Positions 8,469 through 18,681 of a stretch of DNA of 64,000 nucleotides are shown here, one piece after another. A program made the position numbers and the translations under genes. How positions within the stretch are numbered: the first letter of the stretch is position 1; each line of letters opens with the position of its first letter. Origin of the DNA: a virus; IMG/VR virus record IMGVR_UViG_3300045988_127105, positions 1 through 64,000 of that record; one strand, given 5' to 3'. The notes under the pieces were generated by a model. That model did no database searches, had not been told where the DNA came from, and was given only the letters and a program-made list of their open reading frames with translations.

Positions 8469-8504
8469 AAGAAGGCTGTCCGTGATGGATAGCCTTCTTT
8501 TTTT
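8469..8504. terminator. Bidirectional terminator between convergent operons
   Basis: AAGAAGGCT (8469-8477) pairs with AGCCTTCTT (8491-8499), followed by a T run. Confidence 0.75.
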
Positions 8505-11169
8505 ATCTCATCTTTTCCGTAAATAGTGGCTGAAAATCCACAACCGTTCCGGCAAACGCATCCGTAGCAAGCATATTGCTTAGCTTATACCTTAGGGTGT
8601 AGTATTTCCATGGCTTGCCGTGCAACGAATGTAGCTCACACCAGTTCCTACAATCGTTTGAGCCATATATACGTAGCGCTATCTTGCCGTTCGCCGTATC
8701 AAAGAGGTGCAATATCTGATGTATTGTCTTTAGCTGCAACGACGAACCTAACTTCAGAGGACGTGTCGTAAATGTTCCGCTATATAGTGTTGTGTCGTCA
8801 TTGATGTCTGGCTTCGATGTTAGTGATAGTACAGTCGCGTCATTGAGCTGTATGATGTTGTCGGGATAGTTATTCACCACAGCAATCACCTTTCCTGGCA
8901 ACGATGCCTTGGCGAAGGTTCCGTCATGTATCGAATATACATATTCATATTGCTCCTTGGGGTTGATGATATGCAGTAGCGAGTCACGGTAGTCGTACGC
9001 TATTAACGAATCTCTAAGGTACCCAAGGAAGTCTCCATTGCCTACTTCAAGAAATTGCGACGGGTTGCGTCCTCGTAATTTGTCCGACACACAAGTCACC
9101 TTTCCTCCCGACACAGCCATAAGACCCTTGGCCGAAGTAAAGAATACAACACTGCCCGTTGGCGTTATCGATGCAGCATTGTTGCACACCTCGCGCGATA
9201 TGGGGTAACTCGCTGCATACAATCCTTCCGAACTTACCGACATGCCATAAATGCCTTCCGTCGTGAAAACTAACAGAGGGTACTGGCCAAACTGTCCTTG
9301 TGATATTGGCTCTGTGTTGGCTACTATGCCGAGTATGTTGCCCGTGCCTACTGTGTTGTCTCCTGAGGCTTGGAAGACAAAGGGATTGTTCACTATTGAG
9401 GTGAATATCTGTGATGATAGAAACTCGTAGGCTGTTGGGTCTGGCGAAGGGCGGCTCACGTTCTCATTCGTAATCGTTGAATACAGAGGCAGTGTGCGGA
9501 ATGCGTAGGCTCCATTAAGGCGCTCATGACGCTGTAGGGGTATACGGAAGCTTGCTGCACTTTTTGAGTCGTATACTATTACCTCGGTAGCATTCGTATC
9601 GGGATAGTAGAACCATGAGTTGGCTACCTCTTTTAGTGTTTCTACCATGTCTGATACTACCCATGTATCCATTGTATCGCTGACGATATGCACAAAATAC
9701 TGCAACCTGCAATCTCGCTGCACTATGTCCGAGTTGGCGATGAACGACGAAAAGCCTTTGAATGGATAACGCTTTACCCCAAAGAGGTTTAGTCGTTTGT
9801 TGTACGTATACATACTCTCTGGTTTCATCGTTGTCCATCCGTAATAATCGTCTACTGACAGTTGCTCCTGTTGTAACAGTGCGCTCACTACTCCTTGCTT
9901 TATTGGCGCATCCTTCCATACTGTATTGTATATCTTATCTATCTTTACAGAGAATAGTTTAAAGAACTGTGTCTTTGCCAGCAACTCGTCTATTATCTCG
10001 TCCTCTGTCTTGAACTTTTTGGGCAATACAATATCTCTTGCCGGGAATGTCTTGAGGTCGAAAACTATCTTCTTTCTTGCATTACCTCTGAATACAGCCT
10101 CGTCATATCTCATTCCTAAGAAATCTACTACCTCTGTATTGTTTGTTTGTTCCGGATTCATGATGCTCCAATTGTCGTCTACATTAAAAGGTAGCACCTC
10201 GTCCGAAGCGAACACTACTATATCCTTCACTATGTCGCTCCACTCGTCTATGTCTTCTCCACCTACCTGATATTGCAGTTTTACGTACGAAGGACAATAG
10301 AGTAGTTTTAACGCCGAGCCTGTATCCTCCACTACCTCATGATTTTTCCATCCTACGGGCACAATGTAGTTGTTGCGTGTTATCGTAGGAAACACAGCCA
10401 CGGGTGCCGATATACGTGCATAGGTACCGTCGAAAAGGCGTAGCGCAAATCGCACAAAAAAGGGGAATGCAAATGCGTTTTTCTCCTTGACAAGGTTTAG
10501 TATCAGGGATACATGGCCAGATATGGCTGTCTGCAAGTCGTCCACACGGTCGTCCTTTGGTCTGAATGTTTCGTATCTGGTGCCTGCTTCTAATGCGTTG
10601 CTACCAAGATGACTGAATGATCCGTCGTCGTTGTAGTAAGCACCAACAGTCGGATGGTCTACCAGGTAGTCTATGTCGCACAATTGGCTCTTCTTGGTTA
10701 CAAGCGACTCGATGATAGGTGCTGAGGTTCGGAATTTTACCCTTGGCTTGGGCAACTCATTGCCAAGATATTTGTACGTTCCTCCTTTATATAATAGGTA
10801 TGCAAAGCCTTTGTCTGTGGCCACAATAAGCGTATTGCCTACCGACGATATATTGTTAAGGCTTTTACCTATTGGTATACTCGTCTGTTGTGTTTTGACT
10901 ATTGACGATTTTTCGAAGTCTACTTCTACAAACGTGATATTGCCCAACACCTTATCGTATAGAATGGCATTGCAGTAGTCGGGTCCTTTGTGTATGTAGA
11001 CCACTTGTTGGTTGATAACGGTACCTGAAAGAGGGGAAGGTAATTGTATAGGGTGCATTTCGCCTGACTTATACACCATTCCTACCAACTCTACAAGTTC
11101 CGTATCATCTGTCAACATTCCCGATAGCGATGTTGTTATTCCTTTTGAGTATGATAGTGATTTCTGCAT
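8503..11169 (-). CDS. Large hypothetical virion-associated protein
   Basis: 888-aa ORF directly downstream of terL in the same operon. No motif recognised. Confidence 0.55.
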   Translation of the reverse strand: MQKSLSYSKGITTSLSGMLTDDTELVELVGMVYKSGEMHPIQLPSPLSGTVINQQVVYIHKGPDYCNAILYDKVLGNITFVEVDFEKSSIVKTQQTSIPIGKSLNNISSVGNTLIVATDKGFAYLLYKGGTYKYLGNELPKPRVKFRTSAPIIESLVTKKSQLCDIDYLVDHPTVGAYYNDDGSFSHLGSNALEAGTRYETFRPKDDRVDDLQTAISGHVSLILNLVKEKNAFAFPFFVRFALRLFDGTYARISAPVAVFPTITRNNYIVPVGWKNHEVVEDTGSALKLLYCPSYVKLQYQVGGEDIDEWSDIVKDIVVFASDEVLPFNVDDNWSIMNPEQTNNTEVVDFLGMRYDEAVFRGNARKKIVFDLKTFPARDIVLPKKFKTEDEIIDELLAKTQFFKLFSVKIDKIYNTVWKDAPIKQGVVSALLQQEQLSVDDYYGWTTMKPESMYTYNKRLNLFGVKRYPFKGFSSFIANSDIVQRDCRLQYFVHIVSDTMDTWVVSDMVETLKEVANSWFYYPDTNATEVIVYDSKSAASFRIPLQRHERLNGAYAFRTLPLYSTITNENVSRPSPDPTAYEFLSSQIFTSIVNNPFVFQASGDNTVGTGNILGIVANTEPISQGQFGQYPLLVFTTEGIYGMSVSSEGLYAASYPISREVCNNAASITPTGSVVFFTSAKGLMAVSGGKVTCVSDKLRGRNPSQFLEVGNGDFLGYLRDSLIAYDYRDSLLHIINPKEQYEYVYSIHDGTFAKASLPGKVIAVVNNYPDNIIQLNDATVLSLTSKPDINDDTTLYSGTFTTRPLKLGSSLQLKTIHQILHLFDTANGKIALRIYGSNDCRNWCELHSLHGKPWKYYTLRYKLSNMLATDAFAGTVVDFQPLFTEKMR

Positions 11170-11181
11170 ATCTGTTTTCTT

Positions 11182-13320
11182 TTATATTGATGCCTCTGTC
11201 TTCACTCCGTCCGAATGTCCTCTTAGGCCTTCGTCTGTTCTCCACTTAGGCATTTCCATTTCATGTGTCGATACATATAGGGCTATGGCTGTTGACATCA
11301 GTACGTCGTCATGATTGCCCGAACCATCGATGTTTCCAAGCGAACCGTCTTCTTTTCTCTCGTAGATACGTAGCTCATGATACATTTCTGTGTCTGGCTC
11401 ATGCCAGAGTCCATCATCCACAAAAGCCTCAAGGTTATCTATCAGCCAGCCTTTCGTTATTTTATTGGTCTGGAATCCATACTTGGCAAGTACATTGCCC
11501 GTCGTGTCCTCAGGCGACGAGCGCCTCTGGTACAGGTTGGGATAGTAGTCCGCTATCTCATTGATTATAGAGCCAAAGTGGTCGCCCTCGGTGTTGTTGT
11601 TCTTCTCGCGGTCGGCCGTGTTGCTCTCTATCACAAGCAGCGCATCGTCGTAATAGTGAGCAAGAGCTGCTGCCTTCCACGCAAGTACGTCATGTCTGCA
11701 ATGCCCTCTGTATCGGGCTACCACACGTGGCTTATCCTTCATTGATGGCATCATGCCCATTCTGTCAAGCACGGTCATTACGGTATAGTCCGAAGTGGAC
11801 GACTTGCCTCCAATATCCACGCTCACCACATATCTGTCTGCTACATGCAATATCTTGTTGTTTGGCAAGCTCCATATCTTCAACTCGCCTTCTCTGTCTT
11901 CCCTTATCGTTATCTTTGCATTCTTTATAGCCTCCGTCGATTTCTCACCAGTGGTTACAATGTCTGCCATGTACTTAGGCTTCTTTACCTCGCCCTGCCT
12001 TAGGTCGTCTATTGAGTATGGGTTAAATACGAGTTTGCCCGAGTTTCTAAATGCCTCTTCCTCGTCGATAGGGGCCTCAGTCGCACAGAATGCGTGTGTC
12101 TTAAATTTGTTTCGGTAGTTTCTATACCAGTTGATTGCCTGGAAACAAGCTCCCTTTTCCCACATTCGCCAAAAGAATTTGCCTGTCTCTCTATATCCCT
12201 TGGGACAGGTTGAGCGGCCTTTGTTCTTTAGCAGCCACATAGCAAACTCCCTCTCGTCCTCCACTGGCTCCATGTCGTTCTCAATGATGAAGCAGGGTAT
12301 GAAGATGAATGCGTATGCGTCATTGTTCGATGGGTCCATTGCCAGTTGGCAACGGTCATAGAAGAAGCCCGAAGTTCCTCGTCCTGTTGACTCAAACACC
12401 TCTACGTTGTCTTCTTTGTTATGTATACCGCCTGAGATAGACGAGATTACACCCTCTGGGTCATGCTCTGGTGTCTTCTTCCAATATGCCACCTCCGAAT
12501 AGTGAGCACAGTGGAAGTTGTTACCACGCACGGCATCAAAGTTATCGAACGAGGCTACCGTCAGCGTCGAACGCCTCAACGCCTTGTTGCCATCAGTCAC
12601 AATAAAGTCGTCGGGTGAGTTCTCGTATGGCGATAGCCTCAACTGTGTTCCTGGGTGTCCTATCGTCCATCCTTTCTGTCTTTCCACCGCCTTTCGGTAC
12701 ATCGCCTTAATCTTCTTCGACGTTCCTTTCACCTGCGACAGAACAATAGCGTTCCAACCGTCATGCCGAAAGTCTTGAATCCACTTAATATACAGCTGCG
12801 TCAATGTCGAGCCACCCCATTGTCGTGCCTTCAGAATTACAACACGTATTGCCTTTTTCTTGTGTCTCAGCTCCTCAAACAGATTGATAAGTCTTCGCTG
12901 CGGATAGTTAAGCCTGAACGGTATCATTTCACCTGATACCTTGTCCTCAATCTTATCCGTCACGAGCAATGCAAACTCTGGGTCTTCTCTGAATCTCACC
13001 TTGAATATCTCAAAGGTCAGCAGCTTTCTTAGCTTCTGTGTGTCTTCCGAATCTTCGTCATACTCCTTGTGAAGCACTTGTATTAATACTTCTTTCATCG
13101 AGCCGAAATGCTGTAGGTTTTTATACAGCAGGGTTCTCATGCACTCCTTCGGTACATACATCTTCGGAATGATGAAGTCTGGAATCTCAAGACATACTCT
13201 GTTCTTAAAATCATAACAACCCACACCTGTCCACGGGTCATACTCACCGAAAATTTCATCATATCGTTTCTTATTTTCGGCAAGCAATTTATCTATGTCA
13301 AGGTCGGTTATTGTCGTCAT
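11182..13320 (-). CDS. terL: Terminase large subunit
   Basis: ATPase P-loop-like KARQWGGSTLTQ. C-terminal RNase-H-like nuclease pattern VVSVDIGGKSSTSDYTVMTVLDR ... GNHDDVLMSTAIALY. Confidence 0.8.
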   Translation of the reverse strand: MTTITDLDIDKLLAENKKRYDEIFGEYDPWTGVGCYDFKNRVCLEIPDFIIPKMYVPKECMRTLLYKNLQHFGSMKEVLIQVLHKEYDEDSEDTQKLRKLLTFEIFKVRFREDPEFALLVTDKIEDKVSGEMIPFRLNYPQRRLINLFEELRHKKKAIRVVILKARQWGGSTLTQLYIKWIQDFRHDGWNAIVLSQVKGTSKKIKAMYRKAVERQKGWTIGHPGTQLRLSPYENSPDDFIVTDGNKALRRSTLTVASFDNFDAVRGNNFHCAHYSEVAYWKKTPEHDPEGVISSISGGIHNKEDNVEVFESTGRGTSGFFYDRCQLAMDPSNNDAYAFIFIPCFIIENDMEPVEDEREFAMWLLKNKGRSTCPKGYRETGKFFWRMWEKGACFQAINWYRNYRNKFKTHAFCATEAPIDEEEAFRNSGKLVFNPYSIDDLRQGEVKKPKYMADIVTTGEKSTEAIKNAKITIREDREGELKIWSLPNNKILHVADRYVVSVDIGGKSSTSDYTVMTVLDRMGMMPSMKDKPRVVARYRGHCRHDVLAWKAAALAHYYDDALLVIESNTADREKNNNTEGDHFGSIINEIADYYPNLYQRRSSPEDTTGNVLAKYGFQTNKITKGWLIDNLEAFVDDGLWHEPDTEMYHELRIYERKEDGSLGNIDGSGNHDDVLMSTAIALYVSTHEMEMPKWRTDEGLRGHSDGVKTEASI

Positions 13321-13323
13321 GTC

Positions 13324-13695
13324 TTATAATCCTTCGTATTCTTTCAGTTCCTCATAGTCCGCATCCTCTATCTTCGGCACAGGCTCTGCCCCTATAGCCA
13401 ACGGATCATCTGTCTTTGTGGTCGATAACGCCACCAATTCCTGGAAGTCCTTGTTTATACCCACCGACACATCCACCTGCGACTGCTTCGGCACCACATG
13501 TTTCTGCATGTCATGATACAGCAGCAACCAAGCTTTCGGGTCATGATCCGCAAGCTCCTCAAACAGCTCCTCAAACTTTTCCTGATTCTTCGATAGCAAA
13601 TCACGGATAAATTCCTTCTGTGCCTTCTTTCCTTTCGGCAACAGCTTCTTCCTGTTCTCCGACAAAAGAGGTATGTCGTCCAATGTCTTCACCAT
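13324..13695 (-). CDS. Putative terminase small subunit
   Basis: 123 aa, immediately upstream of terL. KGKKAQKEF ... DPKAWLLLYHDMQKHVVPKQSQVDVS resembles small-terminase-like proteins of Bacteroidota phages, from memory. Confidence 0.4.
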   Translation of the reverse strand: MVKTLDDIPLLSENRKKLLPKGKKAQKEFIRDLLSKNQEKFEELFEELADHDPKAWLLLYHDMQKHVVPKQSQVDVSVGINKDFQELVALSTTKTDDPLAIGAEPVPKIEDADYEELKEYEGL

Positions 13696-13707
13696 ATATT
13701 TTCCTTT

Positions 13708-13726
13708 CCTTCGGTGTTACAACACC
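13708..13726 (+). repeat. Copy 1 of the GTGTTACAACAC motif (18-mer CCTTCGGTGTTACAACAC), intergenic
   Basis: 12-mer at 13714-13725. It lies between the stop at 13732 and the putative terS start at 13695. Confidence 0.9.
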
Positions 13727-13731
13727 TCACA

Positions 13732-14337
13732 TCAAAACGGATTCAAGTGTTTCCTAATCGTTCCCGGCAACACCCTACTGCTCAGTTCTTTTATCACCTT
13801 CTCTCCGTCCTCCAAGTTTTTCCCCCTGTCTATCGTTCTCTGGTCTCTCGATGTTAACGTGTTGGAGAGATATTCAAACAACGCCCCATCTACCAAATAC
13901 TTATGAATGGCTTGCACCAACGCATCATACACCGTCGCATCCCAATAATCCGGCATCACCAGTATTATCTCTTTCTCCTGCCATTCTTTCAGTTCGTTCA
14001 TTCTCGCTACTCCTTCTGGTTTAGCCACATAAGCCGACAGTATTCTTTCCACCGACGCTATATATTGGTCAAACCATCTGTAGAACATTGGTCTGTGCGT
14101 GTCCGCTTCCGATGTTGTCACCTCAGTCTCTTCCTGTGTCTTCCTCGTAGCCTTGTCTATCAATGATGTCACAGAGTCCACATCAAACAACAGTTGGTCT
14201 GCCTGTATGTAGATATGCTTTATGCTATGCCCGTATGCTCTCCTTGGTGGTTGTGGCTCAAGGGGGTTTGCTACTGGTATCCACCCTCTCTGTCTTGAAG
14301 CTACAAACGGATGCAATTCCGAAAAATCCTTTTTCAT
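13732..14337 (-). CDS. Hypothetical head / connector-module protein
   Basis: 201-aa ORF between portal and terminase genes. Confidence 0.5.
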   Translation of the reverse strand: MKKDFSELHPFVASRQRGWIPVANPLEPQPPRRAYGHSIKHIYIQADQLLFDVDSVTSLIDKATRKTQEETEVTTSEADTHRPMFYRWFDQYIASVERILSAYVAKPEGVARMNELKEWQEKEIILVMPDYWDATVYDALVQAIHKYLVDGALFEYLSNTLTSRDQRTIDRGKNLEDGEKVIKELSSRVLPGTIRKHLNPF

Positions 14338-14350
14338 GTCCTTTTTGTTT

Positions 14351-15139
14351 TTAGTAGTACTCCCTCGACACTATCACCGTAAACTCCACATACACATTGT
14401 CTGTATGTCGTGAGAATAGTCTTATCCTCGCTACTCCCGTGTTACGTGGCACAAGCTCAAATGTCATTGGTGCTCTGTAGCGCAGTATCTCCACTATGCT
14501 TGGGTCTTCCGAGCGTGCTTCAATGTCGTCTACTGCTCCTTCGTCAATACTGTACGACACCGTGGCATTCTCGTCCACGCGTATTATTATCTCGCCCTCC
14601 GCGTCTGTTCCGTCTACCTTTGCCGTTAGTGTTGTGGGATATTTTATTGTTGGTACTGCTGGAGCCGACAATACAAAGCAGCGTCTTATCGCAATCTCGT
14701 CCGCTGCTACTGCCGACTGATACGGTGCTGCCTGGTTTAGGTTGCCCAGTTTTACCCACCATTCGTAGCACATTGTGTCCTCTACAAACTTAGATACAAG
14801 TCTTGCCAACGTGTCTGTCAACGATCCGTTGTATCTTCGCGACACGTTTAGCGTAAACTCCACTATGTCGTTTGTCTTGTCGTTGTAGTATATGGCATTG
14901 TCGCCTATCGTCTGGGCTGTGGGCACATAGTAGTCTACAAAGATTATCTTTGCTTTTTCGAGTGCTGTTGTCAGGTCATGGTCCAATGTGCGCTCATGCA
15001 CCTCTTCGTCTCCTGCTATCTCGAAGTATGGCGTTTTCTGCCCTGGCTGTGCTGCCTCGTCTATCTTGCCTTTAAGATAGGTCGCTGCCTTTACAGCCTC
15101 GATTATCACGGATTTTATTATCTGAAATTTTATTATCAT
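14351..15139 (-). CDS. Hypothetical structural protein with Ig-like C-terminal region
   Basis: 262 aa. The C-terminus is beta-rich (TLTAKVDGTDAEGEIIIRVDENATVSYSI ... VYVEFTVIV). Confidence 0.5.
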   Translation of the reverse strand: MIIKFQIIKSVIIEAVKAATYLKGKIDEAAQPGQKTPYFEIAGDEEVHERTLDHDLTTALEKAKIIFVDYYVPTAQTIGDNAIYYNDKTNDIVEFTLNVSRRYNGSLTDTLARLVSKFVEDTMCYEWWVKLGNLNQAAPYQSAVAADEIAIRRCFVLSAPAVPTIKYPTTLTAKVDGTDAEGEIIIRVDENATVSYSIDEGAVDDIEARSEDPSIVEILRYRAPMTFELVPRNTGVARIRLFSRHTDNVYVEFTVIVSREYY

Positions 15140-15164
15140 GGTGACTTACTGTTTTTGTTTATAC

Positions 15165-15662
15165 CTATAGTTCAACCGAGCCCACACAGTCCGCGAGCGT
15201 CTTGTCCGCACTGCCTGGCGGTGTCTTCGTAAATATCAGTCGTGTGGCTGCAAGTAGCTGTGCCTGCACGTCCGTAGCATATTTTCCAGCAAGGTCTGGC
15301 AGTACCATCGCCAATACCGATTGCGTTACATAAGCAATGAGTAGCGACTTTACACTGTCTTGTGCTGCTCCTGATAGTGCATCGTTGCTTCGTGTAGTGT
15401 TCACAACGAACGCTATATATTCTGCTTTCTGTCCTCCTGCCTTCTTCCCAACTTCATACCCCGACAACACTGGCGATAGATTTGATGTCACAAGCTGCGC
15501 TCCGTCTATTATGCATTGTCGCATTACCGTGTCTTCCACACTTGATAGTGTTGACACCGAGAACAGCGTGTCGCCCTTCTGTGTGCTATGGTGTTTTCCT
15601 ATGATGGACAGTTGCCGTTTTACGGCTTCTTTCACATCTTCAATATATATGGCTATATCCAT
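15165..15662 (-). CDS. Hypothetical head-module protein
   Basis: 165-aa ORF directly downstream of the portal gene. Confidence 0.5.
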   Translation of the reverse strand: MDIAIYIEDVKEAVKRQLSIIGKHHSTQKGDTLFSVSTLSSVEDTVMRQCIIDGAQLVTSNLSPVLSGYEVGKKAGGQKAEYIAFVVNTTRSNDALSGAAQDSVKSLLIAYVTQSVLAMVLPDLAGKYATDVQAQLLAATRLIFTKTPPGSADKTLADCVGSVEL

Positions 15663-15678
15663 ATTTTACATTTTTATA

Positions 15679-17670
15679 TTATTGCATCAAGTATCCTTGC
15701 GCTTGTTCTACTGCCTGTTGGTTTGCCTCGGGCACTACTCCGTTCTGTGGCGCTTGCTGCCCCATTGCCTCTTGCTGCGCCCTTAGCTCTTCCATATTAC
15801 TCTGCACGTCCTGCAGCAGCTTGTCTGCAAACGGCTCATTCAGGTTCTGTAGATACTGTATGATGTTGATGGCTCCCTTGTCAAACAACATGTCAAGCTT
15901 GTCGTTTACGTTGTTCTGATAGGTGGCTGTAGCAGCAGCGTTCTTGATAGAAATCTTGAACATTATGTCTCTTGCGCCCAGTCTGTCATACTCTATCGGG
16001 TATGTGCTATCGCTATTGAAGATGGGTCGGCCGTCCTCATAGTATTGTTTTATCGTCATGCACTTCTTCTGTGCAATATTTTCAGTAAACGATTCCATGT
16101 CTTTCAGTATCGAGTAGAGCGAGGTTGAGGCATTCTGCGACTCTTGCGCATATCTCGAGGCCGATGTTCCAGCCGTTGGCGTCTTGCCTTGCAATGCGCC
16201 CGACACATTCGACACTTCGCGCATCAGGTTCAGCTCCATCTGCAACAGCTCGTTTGTTCCAAGATTCACGGCGTTCGACGTGATAATGTCTGGCCTTGAG
16301 TTTGGCAGCGTTGCCTTTGGCGTGTAGAATATCATTCCGTCATACTCCGTCGCTTGCTCGGCAAACTCGTCTGGTGTCATTCCGTCCAATACCTGTGTAG
16401 GGATAAGCCATACACCCTTGGCCGACGAGCGTATTGCCATGTCGTTCATTATTATCAAACGGTTTATGTATCTCTGCTGGTCTATCACGTTTGCCATGAA
16501 CGGATGTATTTCTCCGTTGATGTACGGATAGAGCTTTATCGTGAATGGATGCGACTTAAAGTCGTATGGCGTCTCTCCGCTGCATAGCACGGTTCCGTCT
16601 GGTGCCATAAACGTGTAGTACCAATACTTGTCTGCCACTTTCTTTGCCGTGATATAGGCTCTGTCTTCTGGCGGTACTCCCATCAGGTCATACTGCTCCT
16701 TTCTCTTCACGTTCTTCGCGTTTAGCTCCGCTATCAACACTTTGTCGTCACATTCTATGCGGAAGTAGGCATCACTTTCGTTTTTCGCTATCGGGTCGTA
16801 GCATTGGTATCTGTATTTCGTTTCCGTCGTCCACGCTTCTATTACTCTCACATATCGTCCGCGCTTCGACGGTATATCAAATGATATGTTCGACAGGTCG
16901 TTTGTGTCGTTGTGCATAGTTCCTTCCGTCTGACTGTCGTCTGGGTCTATGTCGAATATCCTGTTCAGGTCGTCTATACTAAGTCCATACTCGTCTTTCG
17001 CAAATTTCTTGTACAGGTCGTTTATAGATTCGTCATGCAGCACGCCTATCAGCGACAGGTCAAGGTGTCTTGGGTCCGAACCTCCCTCCCAAAACACATA
17101 GTTTGGCTCTATGTAGTCTGTCCACGAGTCTTCTATCTCCTGTGTTCTGTCTTCGTATGTCTCTCTACACACCATTACTCCTCCTACAAGGTAGTCTTCA
17201 AGCGCGTGTTTCAACAATATCTCCATCTGTGTGTTTTGCCAGTTGCATTGCATAGTTGCCGACATCATATCCGACAGGCTTTGCGACGATCGTGTTCTTG
17301 CAAAGCACACTGGCTCTGTACCTTGCTTTGCGTACATTCCCACAAGTGTGTTCAATATCGACACCATCACATTGTTCGACAACGGCACAGAGCCTTTCCT
17401 TTTCAGGTATTCTCTTTCCGTCATGTCATAGTAGTATCCGTTCTTGTACACTCTCACTGTGTCGCCCCATTGGTCGCCGTAGCAGTATCTCTTGGCTCTG
17501 TCTCTAACCATACGCACAGCCTCCAGGTTGTTCCATGCCTGCCAACATCGCTGCAGCAGCTCATAGTCCGTCTTCTTGCCCGACTGCCTTTCCTTACGTC
17601 TCCGTACGGTGTCAAACGTCTTGCCCGAAGTCGGCATTACACGTGATAAGGTGGGTATATTTTTCTGCAT
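15679..17670 (-). CDS. Portal protein (putative)
   Basis: 663 aa, first gene of the packaging operon. N-terminal RAKRYCYGDQWGD resembles the conserved portal N-terminal motif. The size is typical. Confidence 0.6.
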   Translation of the reverse strand: MQKNIPTLSRVMPTSGKTFDTVRRRKERQSGKKTDYELLQRCWQAWNNLEAVRMVRDRAKRYCYGDQWGDTVRVYKNGYYYDMTEREYLKRKGSVPLSNNVMVSILNTLVGMYAKQGTEPVCFARTRSSQSLSDMMSATMQCNWQNTQMEILLKHALEDYLVGGVMVCRETYEDRTQEIEDSWTDYIEPNYVFWEGGSDPRHLDLSLIGVLHDESINDLYKKFAKDEYGLSIDDLNRIFDIDPDDSQTEGTMHNDTNDLSNISFDIPSKRGRYVRVIEAWTTETKYRYQCYDPIAKNESDAYFRIECDDKVLIAELNAKNVKRKEQYDLMGVPPEDRAYITAKKVADKYWYYTFMAPDGTVLCSGETPYDFKSHPFTIKLYPYINGEIHPFMANVIDQQRYINRLIIMNDMAIRSSAKGVWLIPTQVLDGMTPDEFAEQATEYDGMIFYTPKATLPNSRPDIITSNAVNLGTNELLQMELNLMREVSNVSGALQGKTPTAGTSASRYAQESQNASTSLYSILKDMESFTENIAQKKCMTIKQYYEDGRPIFNSDSTYPIEYDRLGARDIMFKISIKNAAATATYQNNVNDKLDMLFDKGAINIIQYLQNLNEPFADKLLQDVQSNMEELRAQQEAMGQQAPQNGVVPEANQQAVEQAQGYLMQ

Positions 17671-17700
17671 ATTTCTATCTTATGTCATTGTCTATCAGCG

Positions 17701-17708
17701 CAAAAATA
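17701..17708 (-). promoter_or_regulatory. Candidate -7 promoter box for the portal operon
   Basis: Plus-strand CAAAAATA is TATTTTTG on the minus strand, about 31 nt upstream of the portal ATG. Confidence 0.35.
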
Positions 17709-17730
17709 CTCTAAATGACAGCATGAAATG

Positions 17731-17771
17731 CCGTGTTTCGTCTGTTCAAAAGTTGCAAGTACGAAACACGG
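17731..17771. repeat. 11-bp perfect inverted repeat in the divergent portal / scaffold intergenic region
   Basis: CCGTGTTTCGT (17731-17741) and ACGAAACACGG (17761-17771), 19-nt spacer. Confidence 0.7.
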
Positions 17772-17872
17772 AAAAACGGACGCAAAAAATCGGGATATTC
17801 GCAAGCGTAAACTAAAATATGTAGATACCCGGAAAAGGTAAAGGATAATACACCTTATTATATATAAAAAAT

Positions 17873-18634
17873 ATGGCAGAAGAAAATAATGAAATCAAGA
17901 CCGAAGCTCAGTCGCAAGCAGCGGCTACAGCTCCACCCGTGGACGACCGACCCAACCGCAAGGCTTTCTCCGAGCGTTTCGCCAAACGCCACAAGGACAT
18001 CGACTTTGAGGATAAGGAGGCTCGCTACGCTGCTATGAACGACGATGCCGACGCTCTCTCTCGCTACGAGGAGGACGGAAAGGCTCTCAGCGAAATGTTC
18101 GACAACAACCGTTGGGTTGCAGCTATGGCTATGGACCTTACAAAGAATCCCAACCTTAACCCTATCACATGGATAGCTTCTCATGGCATCGACATCGGCG
18201 CTGCTATGCAGGACGAGAAGATAGGCAAGGAGGTGGCTCAGCAGATTGCTGACTTCCAACAGAAGAAGGCTGACGAGGAAAACCACGAGAAGGAACTCGT
18301 CTCCAATCTACAGAAGTCGGCCGATGCTATGGACGAACTTGGTCTTGACGACGACGCTAAAGCCGACCTTTGGGAGAGTTTCTTCAAGGTTATCGGCGAC
18401 GCCGAGGATGGTATAGTCTCCACCGAGACGTGGCAGCTCTTCAAAAACGCGCAAAACTACGACGCTGATGTGGCTTCGGCTCGCGAGGAGGGTGCTATGC
18501 AAGGCCGTAACGAAAAGATTCAGAACAGGGTCAAGCGTTCCGAAAAGACCGAAATTCCGCCTTCTCTCAGTACTAACGGTGGCGTGTCGCCCACCAAAAA
18601 GAAGTCCAGTGGCTTCTGGGATGGTCTGGTTTAA
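17873..18634 (+). CDS. Scaffolding-like protein (putative)
   Basis: 253 aa, acidic, predicted helical, immediately upstream of the capsid-like gene. Confidence 0.45.
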   Translation: MAEENNEIKTEAQSQAAATAPPVDDRPNRKAFSERFAKRHKDIDFEDKEARYAAMNDDADALSRYEEDGKALSEMFDNNRWVAAMAMDLTKNPNLNPITWIASHGIDIGAAMQDEKIGKEVAQQIADFQQKKADEENHEKELVSNLQKSADAMDELGLDDDAKADLWESFFKVIGDAEDGIVSTETWQLFKNAQNYDADVASAREEGAMQGRNEKIQNRVKRSEKTEIPPSLSTNGGVSPTKKKSSGFWDGLV

Positions 18635-18681
18635 AATTAAAACACATTTTATTATTTATTAATTTCTAAAATATCAATTAA

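Noticed and set aside
16912-17646. Shadow ORFs within the portal gene (16912-17646), the capsid-like gene (19420-20109) and the coiled-coil gene (45038-45754).
   Set aside because: They lie fully inside longer, better-supported genes on the other strand, and their translations are low complexity.
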